Under the pieces are notes generated by a model, which was not told the DNA's origin, made no database searches, and worked only from the letters and a program-made list of their open reading frames with translations. Of a stretch of 64,000 bases of DNA, positions 1-11,549 are shown in pieces (within the stretch, counting starts at the first letter, position 1; every line of letters starts with the position of its first letter). Location: positions 310,001 to 374,000 of the forward strand of contig MU056550.1 of assembly GCA_013239625.1 (NCBI GenBank), written 5' to 3'. The translations under genes were made by a program, and so were the position numbers. The stretch comes from Lama guanicoe (taxonomy: Eukaryota).

Positions 1-24
1 AACACTTGGCTGATGCACCCACCC

Positions 25-220
25 AGTTAATCTAATCTTTCCAACAATCTTTGAGGTGGATTTTTCACTCTCCCCCGCCTCCTCCAATGCCCATTTTATC
101 TTTGAGGAATTTGAGGACTGGAGGGGTGAAGTAACTTGTCCAAGGTTACCTGGCTAGGTCACGGCAGAGTTGGGCTTTGAACCAGAATGAACTCTCTGAC
201 CCCAGAGCAGAGCTCTTCCT
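25..220 (-). mobile_element. MIR SINE
   Basis: Reverse MIR core: ccatttta..tgaggaa..gaagtaacttgtccaaggttac..ggcagagttgggctttgaacc. Confidence 0.85.
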
Positions 221-377
221 TCTGCTGTCACAGCCTCTTGTAGCCTGGACTGGAATTTTTTCATCCATTGGGCAGTCACTCTTTGAATGGTGACATTGTA
301 GTAATTTTGGTAACATATAGGTGACTGGTCCTCAGTGGTTCTCTTGTCTGTCCTCTTGCCTATGACATTGGGAAATG

Positions 378-590
378 AAGGTTAACAGTAAGGGCTCTGG
401 AATTGGACAGGCTTGGATTCCTAACCCAGTTGGACCACTAAAAGCTGTGTGATGTTGTGCAAGTTACTTAACCTCTCTGAGCCACAGTTTCCTCATTTGT
501 ACAGTGGAGATTATGATTGTTGCTATCTCATTGGGTAGCTGGGAGGATTAAATTTGTTACTTCACATAAAGTACTTAGAAAAGCTGACCA
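378..590 (+). mobile_element. MIR SINE, near full length
   Basis: agctgtgtgatgttgtgcaagttacttaacctctctgagccacagtttcctcatttgta..gaggattaaat matches the MIR core. Confidence 0.9.
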
Positions 591-1644
591 TTACAACGCG
601 TGACCACACTGGTGGCTTTTATTCTTATAATCACTCTGCACACTGTCACCCCAGGGTCACCTCTACACACACTTTGGCTCCACCCCAGCAGTCCCAGCCT
701 TATGTTTCCCTTCTGGAAGCCCTGTGTTCAGGTGCCCTCTGTATTCTGGCTGAGCAACCCCCTGCCTGACTCTAGGTGAGAGGGCATTTTCACAGCCATC
801 TCGTAGCCCTGGCAGCTCCTGCCAGGGTGGGAGGGAGGGATCTGTAGCCTCGGGGAGACTACTGCATATTTTGTGCCAATGTGAATGGTGCGACCTTTCA
901 TGGATGTCCCTTTTCTTGTAATAAATATTGCAAACAGCCAACACTGAATCTTCAGTTCGTTCACAGCTACTTTTCAGGACCCCTTTGGGGACTTCTAAGC
1001 AAGAAAAGTGACACTGATCTCAAAACTTTGTGTTCATCCTGCTGACAATTTTGCATTTGTCTCGTAGAAATGCCTTTTCTTTTCCTGGGAGTCTGCATCT
1101 CAGGCTGGCCCCTCTGGGCTGCCCTGTCAGTTTCTGGGGCGAGCATCAGAAGGCCCCATCCCTGGGGCTGGTAAACGGCCCTGAGTTAGGATCTGAGGAA
1201 CATGGAAGACATTCTTCCACCCACCAGGAGGGGAAGCTTGGCAGCAGGGTAGTAGCAGCAAAGAGGCTTCCTCTGATCCAATGAAGCCATCAGCTGTCTC
1301 TCCAAATGCTCCTTCCCCTCTCTGCCTTGTTTTGGTTAATTTAAGAACAGCTGCCCTCCGTGGGAACCAATTTCCGGTGGCGTGCAGAAGCCAGCTGCCC
1401 AGGAAGGCTGCTGGGATGGGACCGGCAGGTTAGCTGGGGATTTAGAGGGGGGATAACCAGGGTGTGCCACTTAGATGCTTTCTTCCCTTTGTGAGGAGCC
1501 CCCATCGTGCAGTGACTGAACTTGGTTATTCCTGGGGAGAGTTAAAAGCAGCTTGAGAACTCAGAACTGTGGTGGAAGAGCCTTGGGACAGACCAGATGG
1601 GTGGTCACCAAAGCCATCCCCTTTTATCCCTGGGCACACACCTG

Positions 1645-1800
1645 GCCTGCTTTCCAGCTCTGCCTGTGGTTAGATGGGCCCATGTGCCTGAGCTCTGGTC
1701 AACAGAATGGGGGTGGAGGTGATGTGCGTCACGTCCTCGCTTGGCCCCTAAAACCCTCGTGAGATCACCTTCCTGTGTGCCTAATGTGATGCCCAAGAGT
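1645..1800 (+). mobile_element. MaLR LTR fragment (MLT1H/J-like)
   Basis: tttccagctc..ggttagatgggcccatgtgcctgagctctggtcaacagaatg..gtgatgtgcgtcac. Confidence 0.6.
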
Positions 1801-3589
1801 CACTGAAGCCACTTGCTCTGTGGACCATATAGCTAGGATGCTTCAGTTCGCTTGTCTTTTCTGCTCATCCTTTCCTCTGTCTTTCTTTATTCTTGGCCTT
1901 CCACGTCTCAACTGTCTCCTGTAAAGTATTTCACCTGTTATGAACAAGACTCCTGACTCAGACTATTCAATACTGACACGTTCCAAAGTGAGGACCCATT
2001 CTCCAAGGGTGAAGATGAAGTTAGGGGTGATTTGATAACACTCCCTCCAGCTGCAAGCCCAGAGAGTCTCTCAACATTGCAAAAAATGAATTCCTGGTTA
2101 TCTTTGAAATAAAGAAACAGAAGCAGAGAAACTTACTATATCCCAGTAAAGTCCCCTGCCTTCTGGGCACAGGAATTCAAGTCGCTAGCAAGGAAGGATT
2201 GAGTCCATCTTCATCCTGAACTCCAAGTTTTATGGGGTTTGCTCCTGCAGCCCACCCCTAGGGGAGGAAAATTCCATAGTAGTCATCAGATTCATGTACA
2301 AGAATTTCTTCCCGCTAAAACCGAGATTGTTCTGTAACTAAATCTCAAACAGGGGAATGCATCTAATTAGAATTATAATGGGACTGCCCGACTTGCACTG
2401 TATTATTCCAACCAATTTTATTCTTTTTGAAATTGCCAATTTAAAAATACATCCATTCGAAAGATACACAAAGATTAGCTCTCAATTTTCAATTTTGGCT
2501 TCAATCTTACTTTAATAGCGCATCTTTCACCAGTGGGTTTTTTTTTTTTTCCCTTCTTCCTGCAACCTTCAGCGGCTGCCTTAAAGTCTACTGGGGAAAC
2601 ACCCACCCCGGCTTTGAGTAAAGAAAAAATGAAATTACTAAATAAAACACAAACTATTCAAAGAGACGCAGGAAGCTGGAAAAGAAGACCGAAAGAAGCG
2701 TGTTATCTATTGCGTGTTCATTATTGCTGTGGGCTCGCTGGGTCACAAATTTGTGTCTTCCAAGGGAAAAAAGAATCCATCCAACAAACAGTTTAACATA
2801 ATAAACCACACATCATCCTTTCATCTTAATGAGAGTCTAATTCCTAATAGTATTTTGTATCAGACAGTTCTGAAGTTTTTTGTTTTTTAACCCCTGTAGA
2901 ATTTTATATTAGCTGAAGCACTGTAGCCTTGAAAAAGCACAGAATTACCGGGGGGAAAAGTGTGCTCCACTCAGGAATGAACTTCCTGGTAATTGGCATG
3001 TTAACGGAAGAAAGAATAAGCTGAAAATAAAAATATCCCTTAGAACACATATTTAAACATTCGTTTCAATTTCATTGCTTAAGCTTTGGTATCAGGCTCT
3101 TGAACCAACACAGCATCCTGACATGGATTTACATACATAGCGATGCTCAAGGCTGTATGCGTTGAATGATTACTGGGCACACCCCATGTGCCATTTGTAA
3201 AGCTGGAGCTCGCTTGCCCTACCTCCCCAGGCTCTGGCCAACAAAGGTCTGAATGAGGCTGCTGTGGGGAAGGGGAATGGTGGCACTTTCTTTTAGGGCA
3301 ATTTCCAGACTACTCTGAACCACTAAGTCTGAATTGATAGATTTCAAACGTTATTTATTTCCGATTAGGAAGCCTTGGCTTAAGCACTTGTAGATCTCAC
3401 TTCCCAGCTCTTTCTTTACTTCTTCCCTCTTCCTGACACAGTTAAACCACAACTTTGGCTAAGTCAGGATTCTGTGTTTGTGTTATTATGGCTGTATAAA
3501 TGTTTTCACTGCTAAGCCAGAGGCATGATACAATCACACTGCCTTTCATATCTTTGTTTAGGCTTTCGCTGTTACGGTATTTCATTCAG

Positions 3590-4144
3590 TCTCATCTCGT
3601 CTCCATGGCTTTGACCATCAGGGATACACTGATGACCACCACGTACCTGTCTCCAGCCCAGACCTCTACCTTGAACTCCTCTATATCCAGTCACCTTCTC
3701 AGCATCTCCACTTGGAGCTCCAATAAGCCCTCAACCTTAGTGTGTCTAAAACACAATTTTTATCTTTCCCTCACCCCCATTCCCCCCACCCCCTAGTATT
3801 CTTCCCTATCCTGGTGAGCGGCCAGACTTACAACAGCTCAGGCTAAGAACTTTGGGGGTCTTTCTGATGCTGCTCGTTCTCTCATAATCAACATCCAGTC
3901 TCAGCAAACTCTGTTCCTGTACCTGCAAAATACACCCAGACTCTGTTTCTCACCACCTCTTTCTGCCACCACCACTGTCCGTGCCACCATTAGCTCCTCC
4001 CACTTGGACTTCTACCATGTGCCCCGTAACTGGTCTGCCTACTTCCACCATTGCTCTCTGACAGCCTGTTTCAACACCGCAGATGGAGCGATTCTTTTAA
4101 AAGATAAGTTAGATGCAGTTGCTCCTCCACTCACAGCCCTGCAG
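3590..4144 (+). mobile_element. L2 LINE 3' region, left part of a copy split by an LTR
   Basis: ctccagcccagacctct..catctccacttgg..acatccagtc..cctgcaaaatacaccc are L2a 3' hallmarks. Confidence 0.85.
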
Positions 4145-4750
4145 TGTGACTCTCCTTCCTGGGTTTAATTCACTCCAGAGACACTGAGGCAGGAAGCCCC
4201 ATAAAAGACCAGCAAGACCCCCAGGCAGGGCCACTACTCTCCTGCCAGCACCGTCCAGTTCCCTGGCCCAGACGCTCTATCTCACTTTTTGCCTCTGAAG
4301 TGGCTAACTTACACCTAGAATTCTATTGGTTCCCTGAGCTCACTTCTGATTGGTTATTTCCTTCACTCTTGATTGGTCCACTTCCCTAATTTCTGATTGG
4401 TGCATTTGTAGTACTTCATTTGCATGGAGCTCACTCCTGATTGGTCTATTTCTACAAAGCTTGTTCCTGGTTGGTCAACTTCTGTTGTACTTTATTTGCA
4501 TATGATGTTGCAAAGTGTAAAACTGGCAGCCTATAAAAGGCCTGTGTAAACCTACAGATGCGGCCTGGAGTTTGAAGTCTTGACTCTTCCGGATCTGCTG
4601 GTGTAATAAACCTTGGAGTTCTCCAAGGGTCTGCTGGGGTAATAAACCTGAGTTCTCCAACTGTCTGAGCGCTGCTTGGTCTCTCAGCTTGATCCAGGTT
4701 GCTGTCACAACTGAGCTGTAACACCGAGCTGTTCCTTGGTAAGAACGCAA
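4145..4750 (+). mobile_element. ERV LTR (probably class I/ERV1-like, lineage-specific), 3' truncated
   Basis: Starts TGTGAC; five ATTGG boxes; two ATTTGCAT; TATAAAA 4532-4538; AATAAA at 4605 and 4641; interrupts an L2. Confidence 0.75.
4325..4538 (+). promoter_or_regulatory. LTR U3 promoter module: inverted CCAAT boxes, octamers and TATA
   Basis: ATTGG at 4325, 4349, 4372, 4396, 4440; ATTTGCAT at 4418 and 4494; TATAAAA at 4532. Confidence 0.6.
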
Positions 4751-5135
4751 ACCTTGTTGGTGTCCCTTGAATGTGCTGGGTATGTTCCCTTCACAGAGCC
4801 TTTGCACTTTGTTTTGCCTTTGTTTCCCCCAGATATCCACGTGGTTTCCTTCCTCGTCTCTTTCAGGTCTTTTCCAGCAGAGTCTTCCCTGACTACTGCC
4901 TCTAAAGTTGAACCTCCATCCCCCTGCTGGCATCCCCTTTCCCCCTTTATTCCCCACTGTCACCATCTAACATGCTATAGATGGCACCTATTTCCATAGT
5001 TGTCTGATTTCCTCCACAGGAAGGGAAACTCCATAGAGGCATTTTTATCTGCTCTATTCCCTGCTGTGTTCCTAGTGCTTAGAATGGTGCCTGGCCGAGA
5101 GAAAGTATTAATAACTAATTGTCCAAGAGTGGATT
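4751..5135 (+). mobile_element. L2 3' end, right part
   Basis: gcctttgcactt..cagatatccacgtgg..cctagtgcttagaatggtgcctggc is the L2a terminus. Confidence 0.85.
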
Positions 5136-5624
5136 TGCTTAGCTTTCTATGCATCTGTTAGTAACTCTTTCCAAATAATACTCTAGTGCTATAGTCCCTC
5201 TTACTAATATTTCTCCCATGCTCAGTAATTAGGTAACCTACTAGTTTTTAATTTTTTTTTTTCCTTTTGGGGCCATTCCTTCTCTATCCTACTGTTTCCA
5301 TCAGGACTAGCTGTTTTCCAGGATTACTGTTCAGTTAGTTGTCATTCTGGGACATCCCTTTGCCTCATTTAATATGTTATGTTCCTTGTCTCCTGGAGCC
5401 TTTCTTCCTCTTTTTGTGACTTGCTCCTTTGTTTTGGCATAGAACATCCTCCAGCAGCTTTTCCAGAAAAGGTGCATGGGAGGTAAGTATTTTTTTGAGG
5501 TCATGCATGACTGAAAATGTATTTAACTTTCACAGTTGAGTGCTATCTGGCTGGTTATAGAAGCCTAGGTTAGAAATCACTTCCAGAATTTTGAAGTCAC
5601 TCTCTCACTGTCTTCTAGTTTCTC

Positions 5625-6089
5625 TGATATGGTTTTCCTAAGACTGCTGTAACAAAGTACAAGATAGGTGGCCCAAACCACCGAAATGTGTTGTCTCACA
5701 GTTCTGGAGACTGGAGCTCCAAGATCAAGGTGTCAGCATGGTTGGTGCCTTGTGAAAGCTGGAGGGAGATATTTATTCCAGGCTTCCCTCCTAGCTTCTG
5801 GTGGTTTTCTGGCAATCTTTGGCCTTCCTTGGCATCTGCTGCTTTGCCCTGATTTCTGCTTTTATCTTCACATAGTACTCTCCCTGTATGAGTGTCTGNN
5901 NNNNNNNNNNNNNNNNNNNNNNNNNNNNNNNNNNNNNNNNNNNNNNNNNNNNNNNNNNNNNNNNNNNNNNNNNNNNNNNNNNNNNNNNNNNNNNNNNNNN
6001 NNNNNNNNNNNNNNNNNNNNNNNNNNNNNNNNNNNNNNNNNNNNNNNNNNNNNNNNNNTTTTGGTGGGGGCACATTTCAACCCTTCACA
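5625..6089 (-). mobile_element. MaLR LTR (MLT1C/D-like), spans a gap
   Basis: gctgtaacaaagtac..tctcacagttctggagactgg..aagatcaaggtgtcagca..ggggcacatttcaaccc. Confidence 0.85.
5899..6058. other. Assembly gap (160 N)
   Basis: N run. Confidence 1.
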
Positions 6090-6508
6090 TGTAGAGAAGT
6101 CATTTTTCATCCTTGATCCTTTGTCTGTGACTGTTATTTTTCCCTCTCAGAGGCTTTTAGGATTTTTTCTTTATTCCTGACATTTTGAAATTTCACAGCA
6201 GTGCGCTTTGGTGGTTCTTTGAGTTCCATTGTTGTGGGCCCTCAGGAAGCCATTTAGTCTGGAAATACTTGTCATTTAGTTTAGACAAAATTTCTTGTAT
6301 TACTTCTTTTATCATTTTCCCCATCCCCCCTCCCGCCCCGTTTTCTATCTGGAACTCCTATCAGTTCAGTGCTGGACCTCATAGCGCGATAGTCTAAATT
6401 TTATATCCTTTATTTTTTATTGACTATCTCTTTTCTTGTCTTATTTTTTGTGATATTTCTTCAACTTTATTTTCAAAACTTTCCACTGAATTTTTTACTA
6501 CACTATTT

Positions 6509-6558
6509 TATATATATATATATATACACACACACATATATGTCTATATATATATATA
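6509..6558. repeat. (TA)n/(CA)n microsatellite
   Basis: tatatata..cacacaca..tatata. Confidence 0.9.
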
Positions 6559-7499
6559 AAATTTATATGTATAAAATTTCCAAGAGTTCTTTCTTATTTT
6601 TTTGTTTTCATTTGGTGGAATCCTTTCTTACTTCATGGGAAAATATCTTCTTTTATCTCCCTGAGGATATTAATTATTAGGTTTTTGAAGTCTTCCTTTT
6701 GTTCTCTGTATCAGCTCTGTTTCATCAGAGTCCCTTTTCCTCTGTGTGTCTGTTTTGGTTTTTCTCACATCGGGGATTTTGCTGCAATGTCTAGAGATTC
6801 TTGCCAGCCTACGCATATTTAAGAGTGAGGCCCTAAAAGGTTGATGGTAATCTCTGCATGTGGGCTTTACTGTAGAACGATAGACTAGAGGTCTAGCCAT
6901 CTTAGGGTCTCTCAAATTCAGCGTTGTGAATCTCTGGGGCCTTTCAGTTTATCCAGAGTTGAGTACCCCAGAGTCCTGTATGGAGACATGTATTTGTTCC
7001 CAGACAAGCGGGGAAATGGAGCTGGAGGCCTCAGCATTTAGGATGTCGATGCTCACACTCTGACCCTTTGCTGTGCCTGGTATCCTGGAATCAGGAGGCT
7101 GCCTGCGTCCATTTCCCTAATAAACGCCCAGGATTGGAAGCAGGGCTGCTGGGGGTGAAGGAGGAGACTGGGGACGCCTGACCATCCTTATGCAGGCTGC
7201 CTGCCAGTGCCTCTTTGCATCTTTGGTTTGAAGCACTGCCCTCAAAGTTCCCTCGTGCCTCAAATTTCTGAGACTTTCCGGGGAGGCTGTGGGGCTGACT
7301 CATTCGCTTGTCATTGGGATTCTGTCTGCAGTTACTGAGGCTCCAGCTCTCTCTCACTTCCTGAGCTGGCTATGACTGCTGCCTCTGTGGAAAACGCCTT
7401 GTCCTCTCTCAGCGGCTTCTGTCCCCGTCCTCATCCTCTGTCTGGTTCTCTCAGGAGAGAGTAGCAGCGACTGTTACCTATGACCAGTGCGCTCGGAGC

Positions 7500-7931
7500 C
7501 ACGCCCCTCCCTTGGGCTGGATGTTTCTATTTGCCCCTCCAGATCCACTCTGGCTCCTGTCTGGTTCTCTCCATGCTCTGAGAGGTTGACCACAGAGGCC
7601 AAATCAAGAGGATCCCGCACTTTCTGGCTTCTGTTTGGGTCTGGCCAGAGGGAGACCCTGGCTGGAGATCACATGATGGGCAAAGAGTGAGGTCAGAGAG
7701 GCTTGGGTTGGTTGTATCTTGGCTGAAGAGGGCAGCTCCTGCAGGAAGCACCCCCTGCCGTTCAGGTCGAGAGACGGTCAGGGCTCCTCAGTGTTGCCAG
7801 CCCTGGGTACCACGCTCGGCTTATTTGTTTCCCTTAACCCTGCCCACACTTTTGTAAATGATGCTCTCATCAAAGACTCCTCCATCGGTCCCAGTGAGAG
7901 GACTGTGTTTCCAGCGGAGACCCCACTGATA
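7500..7931 (+). mobile_element. ERVL LTR33-like solo LTR
   Basis: tctggcttctgtttgggtctggcca..ggagatc, and end cacacttttgtaaat..tgtttcc..actgata. Confidence 0.65.
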
Positions 7932-8059
7932 AGCCTCCCCCACCCCATCTTTCTAGTACCTTTTCACTATTCTGATCTCAGCCCATTCCCTTTAGGAAGC
8001 TTCACCTGAACACCCCACACAAGATGAATTTAATGTTTTACTTGTTCCTAGAACCCTCT

Positions 8060-8540
8060 TTTCATCCTTCAGGGCACTTTGGGTGAGCACTTTAATCAGG
8101 GCACTTTAATCACTGCTGTCTTCTTCTCCACTAGACTATGGTCCCATCTGCAGGGACAGGTCATGTGCCCATCCTCTTACCTGGTAGCCCCTAGCAGAGC
8201 ATCTATGAGGACCCAGGAAACATTGCTTCAATGAAGGAATGACGGAATGACTGAAAAGGCCCTCTCCTCCAAGAAGCCTTCCAGGGTCCTCCAGAGGAGA
8301 GCACCTCTTGGCTCTCTCAGCATCAGCGGCGATGGCCCAGGCTACTCTTGGAGTGCCTGTCACTTTTTGCCTTGCTTTGTGTGGTTTGTGGCCAGGTCTG
8401 CCAGCTTTTCCCACACTGATCTCACTCTGAATGACTCAGGTCTCACCCCTTTTAAATCTCCAGTGCCTCCTGCAGTGCCTGGCACATAGTAGGTACACCA
8501 ATAAAGAGCTGAGAGGTAAATCAATGATGGAATGACTGAG
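8060..8540 (+). mobile_element. Two L2 3' termini
   Basis: ccactagact..cagggacagg..aatgaaggaatga; cagtgcctggcacatagtaggtacaccaataaa. Confidence 0.7.
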
Positions 8541-9019
8541 TCTGGGAACAGACCTTGTTTATCTGTGGCTTAACAGCAGATGTCCTGGGGTGGCATATGT
8601 AATTGTCATTTTCTTTGTGAATTCATTATTATTTTATTTCAGTGCTGTTTTTCCAAAGATCTGCTTCTCCCTGGGCCTGTGGAGATTGCTTTGAACCAGG
8701 CTGATCAGATGCTGGGCAGCTGTATGAGGAGGGAACACAAGGCTCAGGGGAGAAGGAAACTGGAGCCAGGCAAAGCTGGAGCCCTGGAAACCATAGGCAA
8801 AACCCCCGAAGTATGCAACAGTCAAGACGGCACAGCCAGCGAGACAGGCTGAGCCCACAGCCCTGGGACCACGTGTCTCTCTCAGGAGGCACCTGGGGCT
8901 CAGAGACAACAGCAAGTAGGGCCAGGGTCTTCTACCCCAGCTGTCCCCGAGTCCTCACTTTCTCACCACTGCTGGCCAGGCACCTGTCTCCGAATCCTGC
9001 TGATTCCTTACTCTGGGGC

Positions 9020-9235
9020 ACAGTGAGGGCAAAGGCATGAGCTCTGGGGTCAGATGGGTCTGAGTTTCAGTCTTGGCTTTGCTACATCTAGTTGTGTGAC
9101 CTTGACCTTGATGAATCTCTCCAAGGCACAGCTCTTCATCTGCAGAGTAGGAATAATAATATGCTCATCGCAGACCGTCATGAGGATGAGAGGAGGTACT
9201 GCTTAAGGAGGGATGAGCACAGTGTGTGACATTAG
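9020..9235 (+). mobile_element. MIR SINE
   Basis: gctctggggtcaga..ctagttgtgtgaccttg..catctgcagagtaggaataataat..tgaggat. Confidence 0.8.
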
Positions 9236-9614
9236 CTTTGATTCAAATTGATGCTGTTGTCGACCGTTGTCTTCATGCTTGTTTCAGCAGCCTGAGTCCA
9301 GGCCTTTGGCTGCTAAGGGGATCCCTTTATTGGGCACCCATATCCCAGCCAGTGGTGGGATGAGCTCCCCATCATTGGAGGTAATCAAGGAGCTACCAGA
9401 TGACTTTTGTTGGGCATTATGCCCTGGATGGGAGTTGCAAAAGCCAGAGTGGTTGGCCTGGCAGGTCCCCGGTCAGTTATTGAGGAGAGGTTTTCATCCT
9501 GTTAACCAGTGAGCCGGGGACTCCATGTGTTAGCCTGCTGCCTGGCAATTAAAATTGGAAGAGTTTAATCTGAAGAGAGTTCCAGCTCCGTTGTTTGCCC
9601 TTTTAATCTTGTCT

Positions 9615-9628
9615 GTTGCCATGGGAAC
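9615..9628. promoter_or_regulatory. RFX X-box motif
   Basis: GTTGCCATGGGAAC, one mismatch to the palindromic X-box GTTGCCATGGCAAC. Confidence 0.45.
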
Positions 9629-10714
9629 GGCAAGTGATTGCAATCACCCGTGTTTGTATTGTGAGCTCGCTCCCATCAATACGGCTTTTCAAAAAGAAGA
9701 AATACAAATCTTGACTTTGGCACGCCACTCATTATTATTCAGAACAAATCCCTGAGAAGTCCTGTCAAATGCTGCCTTCCCGGCCCACGGGCTCTAGTTT
9801 GGAAACTCCCAGCCGTCCAGCTCCTTTCTGCCCCTCTCAGCCAAGTGGCTCTGCAGAGGGTGTGCGCAGAGGACCATTGCCCACTGCCGCTGCTGGGAGG
9901 ATTCTGGGTGAGGAATCGGCCACCTGTGGTGCTCCGTTCCAAGCTCGTTGTTATTATATCGATGGCTCATCATCCCAGCACTTACCACTTTGTGAAGATG
10001 AAGAGAGAGACAGATGCTATCCAGGGTCAGAGTCCTTGCAGAGTGATGGGTTGGGAAGAAGAGGTTGCCTGCACCTGCGTCTGAGAAGTTTCTGAGATGT
10101 CCCGGCTTATGGGTGCCTGCAGGAACTCAGCTGCACTCAATCCATCTTCCTCAGTCCCCCGGCTTTCTTTGGCTGGATGCTCGAATCCAGAGGCCACCTG
10201 GAGGAACATCACCCCAGCCTCCTTCGAGTGAACCCCCAATGCCCTTATCTCCCCCCTTACACATACAGAATGGGTTATGGAGAAAATGTGAAAACGTTGG
10301 CCTAATGCCTGGAGATAATTGACTACGGCATTTTTCCTTGAGTAGGGAAAGACTCCAGAGAGCCTCCGACCCCAGCTCCTGTGTAACGACTGAGAATAAA
10401 CTCCTGAGTGAGGAAGTGCCTTGCCAGAGGTCACATAATAAGAGTGTCTCCTAGCCTGTCTCTTGGTTTTGTGCAAATCCAATCTCATTTGTGAGACATG
10501 CCTCAGGGCCCTTTATTTCATAAACTTTACAAAATTAAAACCACTTTGTATTTGAAATACATACATACTTTAGATCACTTTTCTTTTGATAAGATGCAAG
10601 TTGGTATAACATTAAAAAAATGAGTTTAATTCTGGAAGTTGGTACTTAGTTGAGAGTATGTTCTCTACCCAGAGCCACATAGGCTAGGAGAAGGGACAGA
10701 CCCTCATTGATTTC

Positions 10715-10880
10715 AGAATCAGCCTTGACCTCCGGGCCTCGTTCCAGGAATCTTCTAGCTGCGTGGCCTTGGGGGATCCATTTCCCCTCTTGGGCCCTCA
10801 GTATCCTCTTCTGTAAAACGGAGCGAACGGAGCTTGCCTTGTGGGCCTCAGATCATTGAGGAAGCTTCCTATGAGCTCAT
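10715..10880 (+). mobile_element. MIR SINE
   Basis: ctagctgcgtggccttgg..cctcagtatcctcttctgtaaaacgg. Confidence 0.7.
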
Positions 10881-11186
10881 GGACATGGCTGGATTTTATC
10901 AGGTGTAATGAATTACATCATGTTAAATTGTGGCCATTATTGGTACAGGTTCTTAGAGTTAGGTCTCCCGGCTTTAGGCTGGACTAGAATTTCTCTTCTA
11001 GACCGAATGTCTACATGATGGATCTAAGTTTTCATTCTCCTTGTTTGAATGAAAATGATTCCTCTTTGCTATTTTGACATTGCACTAAGATAAGATTCTC
11101 TGGTTTGGGTGATAAATCAATCAGGGCTGAGCAGCCCCCTCCCCCCTCGACAAACCTCCAGAGTCAAGCTCTGGAGATGAGCCAGA

Positions 11187-11290
11187 GTTTCATTAATTCA
11201 TTCACTCATTCAGCAAGTACTGGGCCCCCGCTGTGTCCCAGGCCCCATGCCAAACCCCGGGATTCAATGGTAAAGGGGTCTCTGCTTTGT
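11187..11290 (-). mobile_element. L2 3' end
   Basis: cattcattcactcattcagcaagtactgggc..ctgtgtcccaggc. Confidence 0.7.
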
Positions 11291-11444
11291 GAAGCTTCCA
11301 TCAATTCTGCCTCTCCCATCAGTTCCCTGGTAGGATCGCAGTTTTCAGCCTGGCATTTGGGGTACCTTGAAAGCCTCAGAAAGGGAGCTAAAGTCTTATC
11401 TTAAAAACAGTTGCATTTTCAGTTTCAACTAGTCTGATTCTTCT

Positions 11445-11545
11445 CAGGCTGAAGCAGTGTCTTGTGCAGCCCCTGTGTCCCAGGATGGAGCACAGAGCCT
11501 GCCGCATGGTAGATGCCTGGTGAATACTGGTTGAACATAACTAAA
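11445..11545 (+). mobile_element. L2 3' end
   Basis: agcacagagcctgccgcatggtagatgcctggtgaatactggttgaa. Confidence 0.65.
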
Positions 11546-11549
11546 TTCC

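Larger units (their letters stand above)
5250..7400 (-). mobile_element. Old HAL1/L1ME-type 5'/ORF1 remnant, interrupted by MLT1 and a gap
   Basis: cagaattttgaag..ctgtcttctag..gagaagtc..tgatcctttgtctgtgac..tgaaatttcaca; T-rich reverse ORF1-like sequence. Confidence 0.6.

Noticed and set aside
25-590. Oppositely oriented MIR pair as a dsRNA hairpin
   Set aside because: The copies are too diverged for long pairing, and such pairs are common in MIR-rich DNA.
4325-4500. Regularly spaced repeats resembling a CRISPR-like array
   Set aside because: The repeat cores are only 5-10 bp and the context is a mammalian LTR; it is explained as a CCAAT-box array.
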